DNA of 64,000 nucleotides from Candidatus Zhuqueibacterota bacterium. Lineage in GTDB: Bacteria; Zhuqueibacterota; Zhuqueibacteria; Thermofontimicrobiales; Thermofontimicrobiaceae. Each line of letters starts with the position of its first letter. Position 1 is the stretch's first letter. The stretch is from positions 32,001 to 96,000 of the forward strand of contig JBMOPW010000044.1 in assembly GCA_049322915.1 (NCBI GenBank). The letters run 5' to 3'. The notes below the pieces were generated by a model. It saw only the letters and a program-made list of their open reading frames with translations. It did not search any database and had not been told where the DNA came from. A program made the position numbers and the translations under genes. Of the stretch, positions 50,943-60,723 are shown piece after piece.

Positions 50943-51860
50943 TTATAAATCGATCCGGAGTGAACCGATGAGCTCGTGAATATCCGAGATGTTGTGCGAC
51001 TGACAATAATGCGCCAGATCGGTCACGAGTTTTTCGGAGATATTGGGGTCGACGAAATTGGCAGTGCCAACCTGTACAGCGGTTGCGCCAGTAATCAGAA
51101 ATTCAATGATATCATCACAATTCATGATTCCCCCGATGCCAATGACGGGAATGGAGACATTTTGGACAACTTCAAACACTTTGGCAATGGCCAGCGGTTT
51201 GATGGCTGGCCCGGACAACCCCCCGGTGATGGTGGCTAATTTAGGGCGTCGCGTGCGAATGTCCACGGCCATGCCCACAAATGTATTGACGACTGACACA
51301 CTGTCGGCGCCGGCGTCCTCGACCGCCCGGGCAATGTCCCTGATTGAAGTGACGTTGGGGCTCAATTTGACAATGAGACAACGCTCGGTTGTTTTGCGGC
51401 AAAGCGAGGTAATTTCGGCGGCGATCTGGCGGTTGGTGCCAAAGGCAATGCCGCCTTCTTTGACATTGGGACACGAAATATTCAATTCATACCCATCGAC
51501 ACCGCCAGCCGTTTCGATGGCGTCAATGACATGGACGAATTCTTCGATAGTTTTACCGGCAACGTTGACGATGACGGCCGAAGTTAATGTTCGTAGATAG
51601 GGCAGTTTATCTTCAATGAATTTCTTTACGCCGACATTGGCCAGGCCAATGGAATTCAGCATGCCGCTCGGAGTTTCGGCGATGCGCGGCGGCGGATTGC
51701 CGATTCTGGGTTCGGGAGAGACTGCCTTTGTGACCAATCCACCCAATTTATTCACATTCATGATGGACGAAAATTCCTGTCCATAGCCGAATGTGCCGGA
51801 TGCGGTCAGGATCGGATTATTCAGCCGCAGTCGGCCAATATCTACTGATAAATTATTCAC
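50943..51860 (-). CDS. pyrD: Dihydroorotate dehydrogenase 1B catalytic subunit
   Basis: ASGTFG, ELNISCPN, VKLSPN, GGLSGPAIKP. Confidence 0.96.
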   Translation of the reverse strand: MNNLSVDIGRLRLNNPILTASGTFGYGQEFSSIMNVNKLGGLVTKAVSPEPRIGNPPPRIAETPSGMLNSIGLANVGVKKFIEDKLPYLRTLTSAVIVNVAGKTIEEFVHVIDAIETAGGVDGYELNISCPNVKEGGIAFGTNRQIAAEITSLCRKTTERCLIVKLSPNVTSIRDIARAVEDAGADSVSVVNTFVGMAVDIRTRRPKLATITGGLSGPAIKPLAIAKVFEVVQNVSIPVIGIGGIMNCDDIIEFLITGATAVQVGTANFVDPNISEKLVTDLAHYCQSHNISDIHELIGSLRIDL

Positions 51861-52695
51861 CTAATGATATCTCGCTGGATTGAAAAACTGGTCCATCTTT
51901 ACAGACATACAGATAGGGTTTATTCGGAACTGTCGATTTTACATTACATCCCAGGCAGACACCAAAGCCGCATGCCATCATTGTTTCCAGAGAGAATTGG
52001 CAGGGAATTTTTTCTGTCGCGGCAATTTCTTTGACTTTATTCAACATAACATTGGGCCCGCAGGCAAACAGGCAGGTTTTCCCCGAATGAAGCAAGTCCA
52101 GATTCGCTGCCAGTAAGTCGGTGACGAAGCCCTTGAATCCCAGGGCGCCATCGTCTGTCGCTAACAGACAATGCATCCCCGCCTGTTCGATGTCAGCAAG
52201 GCAGCAAATAGCATCTTTGGACCGATTGCCCCAGAGTAATGTGGTCGGAATAGTGTGACTGGCGAGATACTGCCCCCAAAAGTTGAGCGGAGCGATGCCC
52301 AGACCACCGGCAATTAAAATGGCATGATCGCATGATTCCGGCAGGGTAAAAGAATTACCTAATGGGCCTAAAAAATTGATCGCGTCATCTTTGGAAAATC
52401 TGGCTAAATGCTCCGTTCCGGCTCCGATGACCTGATACAGTAATTCGAACCATCCTGACTGTTTCTCCGTGCGATGGATGCTGAAAGGCCTTCGCAGCAG
52501 AGGTATTGAGTTGTCGGCAGTTTTCACATTGACGAACTGGCCAGGTTTGGCTATTCCCGCGACATCGGCATGGGCGATCCTGATTCGTTTGATGTGTGGT
52601 GTGAGCGCTTCATTTAAAAGGACATGACCCGTGTGAATTGCGTATGTAAAATTCGCCTCCTGACCGGGATTGGGATTCATCATATTCGTTACCAT
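51853..52695 (-). CDS. pyrK: Dihydroorotate dehydrogenase electron-transfer subunit
   Basis: PGQF, RRPFS, GGLGIAP, ACGP, CGFGVCLGC...CKDGPVF; exact start uncertain. Confidence 0.93.
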   Translation of the reverse strand: MVTNMMNPNPGQEANFTYAIHTGHVLLNEALTPHIKRIRIAHADVAGIAKPGQFVNVKTADNSIPLLRRPFSIHRTEKQSGWFELLYQVIGAGTEHLARFSKDDAINFLGPLGNSFTLPESCDHAILIAGGLGIAPLNFWGQYLASHTIPTTLLWGNRSKDAICCLADIEQAGMHCLLATDDGALGFKGFVTDLLAANLDLLHSGKTCLFACGPNVMLNKVKEIAATEKIPCQFSLETMMACGFGVCLGCNVKSTVPNKPYLYVCKDGPVFQSSEISLGE

Positions 52696-54863
52696 CGTTT
52701 TAGAGTCGTTCTTCTCGGGTCATTTTTTTCCATTTCAGTGAGCAAGTAGCGCCGATAGGCCGGTTTATCCATTCGGGAGACATCAACTTCTTTTCCAGCA
52801 TCTGCCATTAGCTCATCTTGCTTCGCATCAACACCCTCGGTCGTCTTTTCTGCCGTCTGCTCTTCTTTCTCGGATCCGCCCGAAGTTTTCACCGAAGCAA
52901 CCTCACTCACTTTCTTCTTCACTTTCATGGCATAGCTGGTATTGGGGTATGTATCGATCAAATCTTTGTAAATCTCTAAAGCTTTATCCTGTTGGTTTAA
53001 TTTGTTTTCATAAATCCATCCCATCGTCAGCAACGATTTGGGAGCATATTCTGTCATTGGAAAGTCCTGTCGGATGGTCTGAAATCTATCGATCGCATTG
53101 GTAAAATTTTTTCTGTCAATGTAGGTGTGCTCGGCCAGCAAGAAAATCCGTTCCGCCTCATGTTCCGGGTTATTGCCTGAAATGAAGCTTTTTTTCTTCC
53201 TGACTTCTTTTGCCAGGGTGTGATTCGGGTAATCATTGATCAACCGCGTGAAAACGGAGTCCGCCAGTGTAGTATCGCTTTTGAACGTTTCGCAGATGTA
53301 GCCTATTGCATACAGTGTCTTGGGTAGATTTGTCGATGATGTATCAAACTCAAGGACATCGATATATTGCTTCAATGCAGAATCCGGCTGATTGAATTCA
53401 AAAAGATAGATTTCAGCTAACAGCATTTTATCTTTTATCAGCTCTTCCTTGGGCGTTCCCAATTCGCCGGATTTTAGGGTGATTTTTCTGTTGAGCGTCA
53501 GCAAGAACTCCTTCCGCTTGCCGACTAAATACTGGCGGATTTGGGACGTGTCATTGCCAATGACGGTTTTCAGAGAATCCAGCATTTGCCGCAGCGAATC
53601 CGAGGTGAAAAGTGAATCAATGACGAAGTTGGTTGTATCCGCGATAAGTGAATCGAGCAGACTTTTTTTCTCAAACCCGAAACTGATATTCGAAACCTCA
53701 AGGCTGTCCATCGACGCAGCAATAGAGTCCCCAATCTCGATTTTATGCTGCTGCGCTTCGATGTCGTTTTGCAACTCCAAAAATTCCTTCAGGCTTCGGC
53801 TCTTTGCTCGCGCTTCATCGGAAATATCTGAGCGGGAGAATTCAGCGCTCGCTTTATCGTAGAATTCTTTGGAAAACTGGTACTCAGCTTTTTGCTCCTG
53901 ATAGATTTTACCCAGATAAAAATAGGCCTTGGCAGCTTCTTCGGTCTTGGGATGTTGTTCCACAAGATCATTGTACCATTCCACCGCTAGATCGAAGTCG
54001 GATTTTAATCGGTGACTGTTGGCAATCTCAAGTCGGCATAACGGCCAGTTCTCTTCATTCGAAACATCGCCAAGCAGGTTGGTGAATATTTTTGTGGCTT
54101 CGTCATATTGCTGCATATCCATCAGTGAGAGCCCGGCGCGGTAGGAGGCGTTGAATTCGAATTTATCATCCGGGCTATATTTTTTTGCCAGCTTGAAATT
54201 TTCAACGGACTTAGCATAATTCTTCAATTGATAATAACATTCACCCATTTCAAAATACGAGTTAGCGCGGATATATTTATCCCCCGACCTTTTCGCCGCG
54301 TTATTGTATTCACTGATCGCTGTGACATAGTCTTTTTTATGTCTGAATAATCCACCGAGCAAAAATTGGGCTTCGTCACGAACCCTGCTCTCTGTTTCGC
54401 TCTTCAGGATATCGTGGAAGTTGCTCTCAGCAGTCTCGTAATCGCGCAGTTCGATATTCGTTTTACCCAACCACAGTTGTGATTCAAGAAGAAATTTGCT
54501 ATCAGGGAAATTTTCATACAATTCAAGAAATTTACGTTTGGCTTTGGAGTAATCCTGTTTTCGATAGAAACACTTTCCCAATAAAATTAGCGCGTCATCC
54601 ACGTAGTCGCTTTTAGGATAAAGTTCGAGGACTTTAGAGGCTTTCTCGATGGAACTGTTATAATTCTTCAATTCGGAGGGAGATGGTTTATTCAGGTCGG
54701 TTTCAGTGTCCTGTTTCTTTTTCTTCAAATCATCGATTCGCTTTTCGCGCTCATTTTCAGCATCATTAAAATATTTTTTCGCGTTGAAAAACGTGTTGTA
54801 ATAAGCGCAACCAGAAAAGATGACGAGTAGGATGAGTAGAATTTTCGCTGAACTGAATTTCAT
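52689..54863 (-). CDS. Large TPR lipoprotein, PorW/SprE-like
   Basis: Lipobox FSGC followed by AYYNTFFNA; many TPR/BamD-like repeats (YPKSDYVDDA, FPDS, HPKT). Confidence 0.7.
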   Translation of the reverse strand: MKFSSAKILLILLVIFSGCAYYNTFFNAKKYFNDAENEREKRIDDLKKKKQDTETDLNKPSPSELKNYNSSIEKASKVLELYPKSDYVDDALILLGKCFYRKQDYSKAKRKFLELYENFPDSKFLLESQLWLGKTNIELRDYETAESNFHDILKSETESRVRDEAQFLLGGLFRHKKDYVTAISEYNNAAKRSGDKYIRANSYFEMGECYYQLKNYAKSVENFKLAKKYSPDDKFEFNASYRAGLSLMDMQQYDEATKIFTNLLGDVSNEENWPLCRLEIANSHRLKSDFDLAVEWYNDLVEQHPKTEEAAKAYFYLGKIYQEQKAEYQFSKEFYDKASAEFSRSDISDEARAKSRSLKEFLELQNDIEAQQHKIEIGDSIAASMDSLEVSNISFGFEKKSLLDSLIADTTNFVIDSLFTSDSLRQMLDSLKTVIGNDTSQIRQYLVGKRKEFLLTLNRKITLKSGELGTPKEELIKDKMLLAEIYLFEFNQPDSALKQYIDVLEFDTSSTNLPKTLYAIGYICETFKSDTTLADSVFTRLINDYPNHTLAKEVRKKKSFISGNNPEHEAERIFLLAEHTYIDRKNFTNAIDRFQTIRQDFPMTEYAPKSLLTMGWIYENKLNQQDKALEIYKDLIDTYPNTSYAMKVKKKVSEVASVKTSGGSEKEEQTAEKTTEGVDAKQDELMADAGKEVDVSRMDKPAYRRYLLTEMEKNDPRRTTLKRW

Positions 54864-54874
54864 AAAATGACATT

Positions 54875-55609
54875 TCATTGAAGTGATTTGATTTTTGCTA
54901 TCAGCAGTGGCAAGATGAAGCCAGCTTTGCCCAGAATGGATTCGTCCAATAAATGCGAAATGGCTGTTGGTTCGGTGTTGATTTCGACTGTATATGCGCC
55001 GCTTTTTTTCGCTTCAAGTGGAAGAGATGCGGCTGGTTGCACAACCGACGATGTCCCGATCGACAAAAAAGTATCTGTATTCGTGGTTGCATGAAAGGCA
55101 TTTTTCAGAGCGTACTCCGGCAGCGGTTCGCCGAACCAGACAATATCCGGTCGAATCAGTCCTCCGCATTCGCATCGCGGCAAAAGAAATGAGCCATTCA
55201 ACGCCAGATTATCGTGATGTTTATTACAATCAACGCAGCGATTCCTCATTATGTTCCCATGGAGTTCATATATTTTCCTGCTGCCAGCGCGTACATGAAG
55301 ATTGTCGATATTCTGAGTGATGAGCGCAAACGCCGGGAACATTTGCTCCATTTCCACTAAAGCGAGATGCCCGGCATTTGGCTTTATGGTGTGAAGTAAT
55401 TGCAGTCTGTAATTATAGAGTTCCAGCGCCAGGTGGGGGTTATTCAGAATGTCGTCGAAATTGGCCAGTTCATTCAGCCGATATTTTTTCCATAAACCAT
55501 CGGCGCCTCGGAATGTGGGCACTCCGCTTTCGGCGGAAATTCCAGCGCCTGTTAATACGGTGACACTTTGAGAGTGAAGAAATTTCTCTAATAATTGATC
55601 GGAAAACAT
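54875..55609 (-). CDS. cobB: NAD-dependent deacylase (class III sirtuin)
   Basis: GAGISAESGVPTFRG, YNYR, TQNID, HGN, CVDC/CEC zinc site, GTS; start trimmed to ATG 55609. Confidence 0.94.
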   Translation of the reverse strand: MFSDQLLEKFLHSQSVTVLTGAGISAESGVPTFRGADGLWKKYRLNELANFDDILNNPHLALELYNYRLQLLHTIKPNAGHLALVEMEQMFPAFALITQNIDNLHVRAGSRKIYELHGNIMRNRCVDCNKHHDNLALNGSFLLPRCECGGLIRPDIVWFGEPLPEYALKNAFHATTNTDTFLSIGTSSVVQPAASLPLEAKKSGAYTVEINTEPTAISHLLDESILGKAGFILPLLIAKIKSLQ

Positions 55610-56402
55610 ATCGGCTCCACTGAACAAACGGCCAAAAGATAGTATATTTATTTTTAAGAAGCAAGAATTTTGTTGCCAGGTAGGGTTGACATTGCAGAGC
55701 TCACTGCGTTGGTGGACAGAGTACATGTGATTTGTACCGTTAATTCAATGGAATCCCTGAATTCACAGAATATGTGACGAAAGTCAGAAGGCAGAAAAAT
55801 TGCTGGCCTGTTCAATCTCCATGATGTCCTGGGCAATAGCACGAGGGAACAAATCTGTCGAGATACTCATGAAGTGTTATTCACAATAATGATATATTTT
55901 AAACAACTGCTAAATTATTGTAATTTTAAAGTAGATAATTAGAATTGTCTTGATATTCATAATATTTTTTGTTATTATTCAAAGAGTTAAACAAAAACAG
56001 TGATGGCAATAATTATAAATTAATTTGATAGATAAATAAGTAATTCTTGTAAACAGCTAAAATAAAATAAATTGGGTCATTTTCAAAAAACGAAAAGAAT
56101 TGTAAGTGTTATTTTATCCCATTGAAATGAATGAAATTGCAGAGGCGAACCCTGACTAAAAAATAATCAGCTTTGGCGTAGAGAAAATTCCCATAAATTG
56201 TATCCCAGAATGTGATAAGAGACATGGTGCATTTCAGGTAAAAGTTATAAGTTGTTACACTATTATATTATTTAATAAAATTCTCTTCTCGATTTTTGAT
56301 GAATTAATTTGGAGTTATGTCGATATACAATTTATCGTGGGACTTTTCTCTCGGGCAAACCGGTGCAATGAGATTTGTTCGATGATAAACTTTGGAGGTC
56401 CT

Positions 56403-56909
56403 ATGATGAGAAGGGATAGAATCTTCCCTGTTATAATTACTGTACTTGTTTTGATCGGCGCCACGGGTTATTTCGATGTCTCGGCCCAGGATCAGAAATA
56501 TCCGCGAGGTGCGCAGTACTATCTTGGAACCGATGATCAATTACTGATTAAAGTAAATATCTGGGGATTTGTTGCCAAGCCGGGGCAATATTTGGTTCCG
56601 AACGACACCGATTTAATTTCACTCATTTCATTCGCCGGCGGGCCCAGGGATGGGGCAAAATTAAATAGCATAAAATTAATAAGGGACATGAATCCGGAAG
56701 ATAAAGTTGAAAAAATTCTGGAGGTCAATGTCCAGAAATATATCAATGATGGAAATGAGTCCTTGATTCCCACATTAAAACCGGGCGATACAATTATCGT
56801 CTCGGGATCCATCTGGTATCACATTGGGGAGTATTTAGCCTTTGTCACCAAGATCGCGACGCTGGTGCAGATTTACTGGCTGGTTGTTTATTATGCAGCG
56901 AAAGAATGA
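56403..56909 (+). CDS. SLBB-domain (Wza-like beta-grasp) protein
   Basis: VNIWGFVAKPGQY, LISFAGGP, LKPGDTIIV, C-terminal amphipathic helix; RBS GGAGG. Confidence 0.85.
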   Translation: MMRRDRIFPVIITVLVLIGATGYFDVSAQDQKYPRGAQYYLGTDDQLLIKVNIWGFVAKPGQYLVPNDTDLISLISFAGGPRDGAKLNSIKLIRDMNPEDKVEKILEVNVQKYINDGNESLIPTLKPGDTIIVSGSIWYHIGEYLAFVTKIATLVQIYWLVVYYAAKE

Positions 56910-57071
56910 CATCGATCCATTCAATATATGTGGTGATTGCCAATTAAGTTGTTGTAACATATAAAATAACTGTTGACAATATTCAAAAAAAAAGATAATT
57001 TATAGGCATCAAACCCAAAATAATTCGCTATACTTCGTTGGTAAAATGACATCAATGTGGAGGTTTGAATC

Positions 57072-58259
57072 ATGAAATTATGGAAAGTGGTATGTGGGGG
57101 GATGTTGTTTGTCATAATGTTCTCGACAGCGACTGAGTTGTTCAGCAATGGCTTGAACGGGGGTAGAGGACTTACCTACGTAAAATCGGCGTGGAACCTG
57201 AAGCCAGGATACTTGACATTATACGCCCGAAGCCGCTTTTTCGGAAAAGTGGCGTCAATTACTGAGACTAATAGTACTGCGGCTACTTATTGGGATGTGC
57301 AGGGCGCGTTAAGTTTAAACTATGGGATAAATGAACACATCGAGCTTGCCATTTCACCGATCATGTATCAAGACACTCATAAAGGAGAAAGTGGGTATAA
57401 TTTGCCCGATGACTTATTTATGGGTGTGAAATTTGGCTCGTATAATTTAAAAGGAAGCTCGCTAACCTATGGTGTATGCCTTGACGCAAGATTCCCAACA
57501 GGTAAATATCATAATTTGCCCCTTGAGCCATATTCAGCCGGAAATGTGGAATGGGGATTCACTGGGATGCTGACTTATTCAAAAGACCCGCTGTATCCCG
57601 AAGAAAATTTGAATGTTCATCTCAACCTGAGCTATGTGAACCATAATGATGTCGGCGAAATACTGAGCGCAAGTGAGAATGATAATGTTTCTGTTTCTGC
57701 CATGAGCCAGCAATTCCTGTATGGATTGGGAATAAAGGTCCCCACATCGGAATTTGATTTCTCGGTTGAACTTTACGGGAACGGTTTCATTCAAAAACCA
57801 CCAATGGAAACCGCCTATAGTGTGGAGAATTATCTCTACATCACACCAGGCGTCAGCTTCAAGGCTTCCCGCTGGTTGACATTGAATTTCGGTGCTGATT
57901 TAAGATTGAGTTCTGATAATGATGAGACGTTGTATTCATATGGTGGAGGACTTCCGGAAGATATGCCAAACTACCCAAGTTGGCGAATCAATCTCGGACT
58001 GAATGCATTGCTATTGCCAACGAGCGTATATAAAACGAGCGATAAAGACGTCCTGATGAAGAAGGCGGAGAGTCGAAGGGAATTGTTTGAACAAATCATC
58101 AAGGAACAGCGGGAAACCGAATCGGCTGAAGAGGAATTGGAGCGAATTAAGGAAGAACGAAGAAAGGCCGAACGCGAACTTGAACGGTTGCGCCGGATTC
58201 TCGAAGGTGATTTAAAGAAGAAAAAAGAAAATTCAACGACCGAGGAAGAGAAGAAGTAG
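57072..58259 (+). CDS. Putative outer-membrane beta-barrel protein with C-terminal coiled coil
   Basis: Signal peptide, alternating beta-strands, RFPTG and YITPG motifs, E/R/K-rich heptad tail. Confidence 0.65.
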   Translation: MKLWKVVCGGMLFVIMFSTATELFSNGLNGGRGLTYVKSAWNLKPGYLTLYARSRFFGKVASITETNSTAATYWDVQGALSLNYGINEHIELAISPIMYQDTHKGESGYNLPDDLFMGVKFGSYNLKGSSLTYGVCLDARFPTGKYHNLPLEPYSAGNVEWGFTGMLTYSKDPLYPEENLNVHLNLSYVNHNDVGEILSASENDNVSVSAMSQQFLYGLGIKVPTSEFDFSVELYGNGFIQKPPMETAYSVENYLYITPGVSFKASRWLTLNFGADLRLSSDNDETLYSYGGGLPEDMPNYPSWRINLGLNALLLPTSVYKTSDKDVLMKKAESRRELFEQIIKEQRETESAEEELERIKEERRKAERELERLRRILEGDLKKKKENSTTEEEKK

Positions 58260-58286
58260 CTTCACCGTATATGTATGCAAAAGTTT

Positions 58287-58328
58287 AAAGCTCCTTTATC
58301 TGATTTCATGAGATGAGGAGCTTTTTTT
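58287..58328 (+). terminator. Intrinsic terminator
   Basis: AAAGCTCCT...AGGAGCTTTTTTT. Confidence 0.75.
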
Positions 58329-58382
58329 ATACTATGTTCAAATGATTTGAAGGTTGCATTTCGTTAATAAAATATAAATTGC

Positions 58383-58411
58383 TTGACTTTTTATTTGTCT
58401 TCAAGTATATT
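58383..58411 (+). promoter_or_regulatory. Putative sigma70 promoter of the OmpA-family gene
   Basis: TTGACT-17-TATATT. Confidence 0.6.
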
Positions 58412-58551
58412 TTCAATGCTAAATGCAGACGTCGTAAAAGATGAATTTCCCCAATTCGCCCATAGCCTATTTCGAATTTTGAGCAATGAGGAGTTCTCAT
58501 AATAGTGCCCTAATTTTCAACAGTGTTGGTGATCCACCATGGAGGTGTTGC

Positions 58552-60030
58552 ATGTACTTAATTCGGAGTAATAAGGGTAGAAAAAATTATGTCGTACTGG
58601 CTTTCTCGCAATTGATCGTTGTATTGTCTCTGGTTCAAGTTCCTCTGCTCTTCGGCCAGAACGATGTCAAGGCTCGAATCTTTCAAGAAACAGAAATGCT
58701 TTTAAAACAAGCGAAAGGGGAGCAGGCAGATTTGTTATCGCCAACAAATTACGCCGGGGCCATCGAGAAATATGAAGATGCTTCCAGAGAATTTGATCAC
58801 GGCAAAAATGTTCAAAAAAAAATTGAAGAAACTAATGACCTGTTGACTGCCGCAATCGAAAACTCTAAAATAGCCCGGTTGACATTTTCGCATCTCCTGG
58901 CGGCTCGGGAAGATGCGCTTGAAGCGAACGCTATCGAATTCTCCCAGGACTTGTACGAAAAGGCGGAGAATGAATTTTTGAATACAGCGAAAGTGCTGGA
59001 AAAAGGATCAGTGAATAAAGCGAAAGAGCAGGCGATAAAAGTCGAGCAACTTTTCCGCGAGGCAGAGTTGGTCGCCATTAAAGCGAGCATCATTGGCAAT
59101 GTGAAAAATTTATTAGCCCAGGCTTATGAGGAAAATGTTCATAAATATGCCCCGATTTCTTTGAAATCGTCTCAGGCGTTGTTGCTGGAATCAGAGAAAA
59201 TTCTGAATAGCGACAGAAGCGCCAAAACAGAGGCGCGCGAAAAAGCTGAGGCAGCCCGGTACGAAGCCAACCATGCCATGTATTTAGCTAATTTGATCAA
59301 ATCGATGGAAGGCGATGAGACAAATTGGGAGAAACTCATTCTCAAACACGAAAATTATATGGCTCAGCTTCTCGCGAATCTGGGATTTAAGCCGGCATTC
59401 GATGAGGGTTTTGAAACCCCAATGAAATCGGCGAACCTGGCGATTCAAAACCTGAAGCAGGAGATTAAGCAACTATCCGACGAGATTTCCTCGCAGGATC
59501 AAATGATGGCATCGCTTCAATCGGATTTGAACAATCTGAAAATTGAACTGGATAAATCGAAAGAGAAACAGGAGGGACTCAAGGCAAAACTGCTGCTGGA
59601 AGAGCAGGAAAAGGATAAGTTTAAGAAGATTGAGTCGATACTGGGAAAGGAACAGGCCAAGGTATTCAGAGAAGGCGATCAAGTTCGTATCAGGCTGTTA
59701 GGCCTGAATTTCAACAGCGGAAATGCGATCATTGAGCCGGATTACTTCAATCTGCTAACTCAATTGCAGCGAGTCATTCGCCTTTTTCCGAATAATTATA
59801 TCACGATCGAAGGCCATACCGATAACGTCGGTGACGAGCGGCTGAACCAGTCTCTTTCTCTCAAACGGGCCAAGGCGGTGATGACGTATCTCATGGCAAA
59901 TATGCAGCTTTCTGTTCAGCAAATTTCTGCCCTCGGTTATGGAGAGAGCAAGCCAATCGCTTCCAATGAAACGTCGGTGGGACGCGCTCAAAATCGTCGG
60001 ATTGATGTAGTCCTATCCCCAACTCCCTGA
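58552..60030 (+). CDS. OmpA-family peptidoglycan-binding protein with helical/coiled-coil N-terminus
   Basis: IEGHTDNVG, LSLKRAKAV, GYGESKPIASN, RAQNRRIDV; RBS GGAGG before ATG 58552. Confidence 0.9.
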   Translation: MYLIRSNKGRKNYVVLAFSQLIVVLSLVQVPLLFGQNDVKARIFQETEMLLKQAKGEQADLLSPTNYAGAIEKYEDASREFDHGKNVQKKIEETNDLLTAAIENSKIARLTFSHLLAAREDALEANAIEFSQDLYEKAENEFLNTAKVLEKGSVNKAKEQAIKVEQLFREAELVAIKASIIGNVKNLLAQAYEENVHKYAPISLKSSQALLLESEKILNSDRSAKTEAREKAEAARYEANHAMYLANLIKSMEGDETNWEKLILKHENYMAQLLANLGFKPAFDEGFETPMKSANLAIQNLKQEIKQLSDEISSQDQMMASLQSDLNNLKIELDKSKEKQEGLKAKLLLEEQEKDKFKKIESILGKEQAKVFREGDQVRIRLLGLNFNSGNAIIEPDYFNLLTQLQRVIRLFPNNYITIEGHTDNVGDERLNQSLSLKRAKAVMTYLMANMQLSVQQISALGYGESKPIASNETSVGRAQNRRIDVVLSPTP

Positions 60031-60045
60031 ATCATGATTTCGAAT

Positions 60046-60078
60046 CGGGGCTCTTTTACGCGAGCCCCGTTTTTATTT
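60046..60078 (+). terminator. Intrinsic terminator
   Basis: CGGGGCTC-8 nt-GAGCCCCGTTTTT. Confidence 0.8.
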
Positions 60079-60162
60079 GGACCAGAGGCAGTTTACCATG
60101 ATTTAGTTTACACATCGTGTTGATTCGAGAAATTTTTGTTTGTCCTAAAAAAATATTTTCCC

Positions 60163-60720
60163 ATGAATAAAAAAAAATTGCTTCTCCATAGTTGCTGCGG
60201 CCCTTGCACAACAGTCCCGGTTGAACGGTTGTGGGATGAATATGAAATTGTCAGCTTTGAATACAATCCAAATATCCATCCGGAAACAGAACACCAATTG
60301 CGGCTGACAGAATTAGACCGGTTGACGGACGAGCTTGGCATTGATCTGATCGTCGCTGAGTACGATCCTGAGCGGTGGTTCAGCCTTGTGAAAGGGCTTG
60401 AAACGGAGCCGGAAGGCGGTGAACGATGCGCCATCTGCTTCCGGATGCGGTTGGAGCGCGCGGCAATGTTCGCAAAAGAAAATGGCTTTGATTTTTATAC
60501 AACCACGCTCACCATCAGCCCGCACAAAAATGCGGAGCGGATCAATAAAATCGGCGCTGAAATTGCCCGCCAGCACGGGGTGAATTTTCTGGAATGCAAT
60601 TTTAAGAAGAAAGATGGTTATAGTCGCAGCATTGAATTGAGCAAAGCATATCAACTGTATCGACAAAATTATTGCGGGTGTATTTACAGCCGCAGAAGCG
60701 AACTGGCCGAACGAGGTTAG
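60163..60720 (+). CDS. queH: Epoxyqueuosine reductase QueH (DUF208)
   Basis: LLHSCCGPC, YNPNIHP, EPEGGERCAICF, SPHK, YRQNYCGC. Confidence 0.94.
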   Translation: MNKKKLLLHSCCGPCTTVPVERLWDEYEIVSFEYNPNIHPETEHQLRLTELDRLTDELGIDLIVAEYDPERWFSLVKGLETEPEGGERCAICFRMRLERAAMFAKENGFDFYTTTLTISPHKNAERINKIGAEIARQHGVNFLECNFKKKDGYSRSIELSKAYQLYRQNYCGCIYSRRSELAERG

Positions 60721-60723
60721 CCC

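Noticed and set aside
55860..56330. Very AT-rich stretch as a possible island boundary or origin
   Set aside because: Lies between divergent genes with no integrase, att site or clear DnaA-box cluster; consistent with a promoter region
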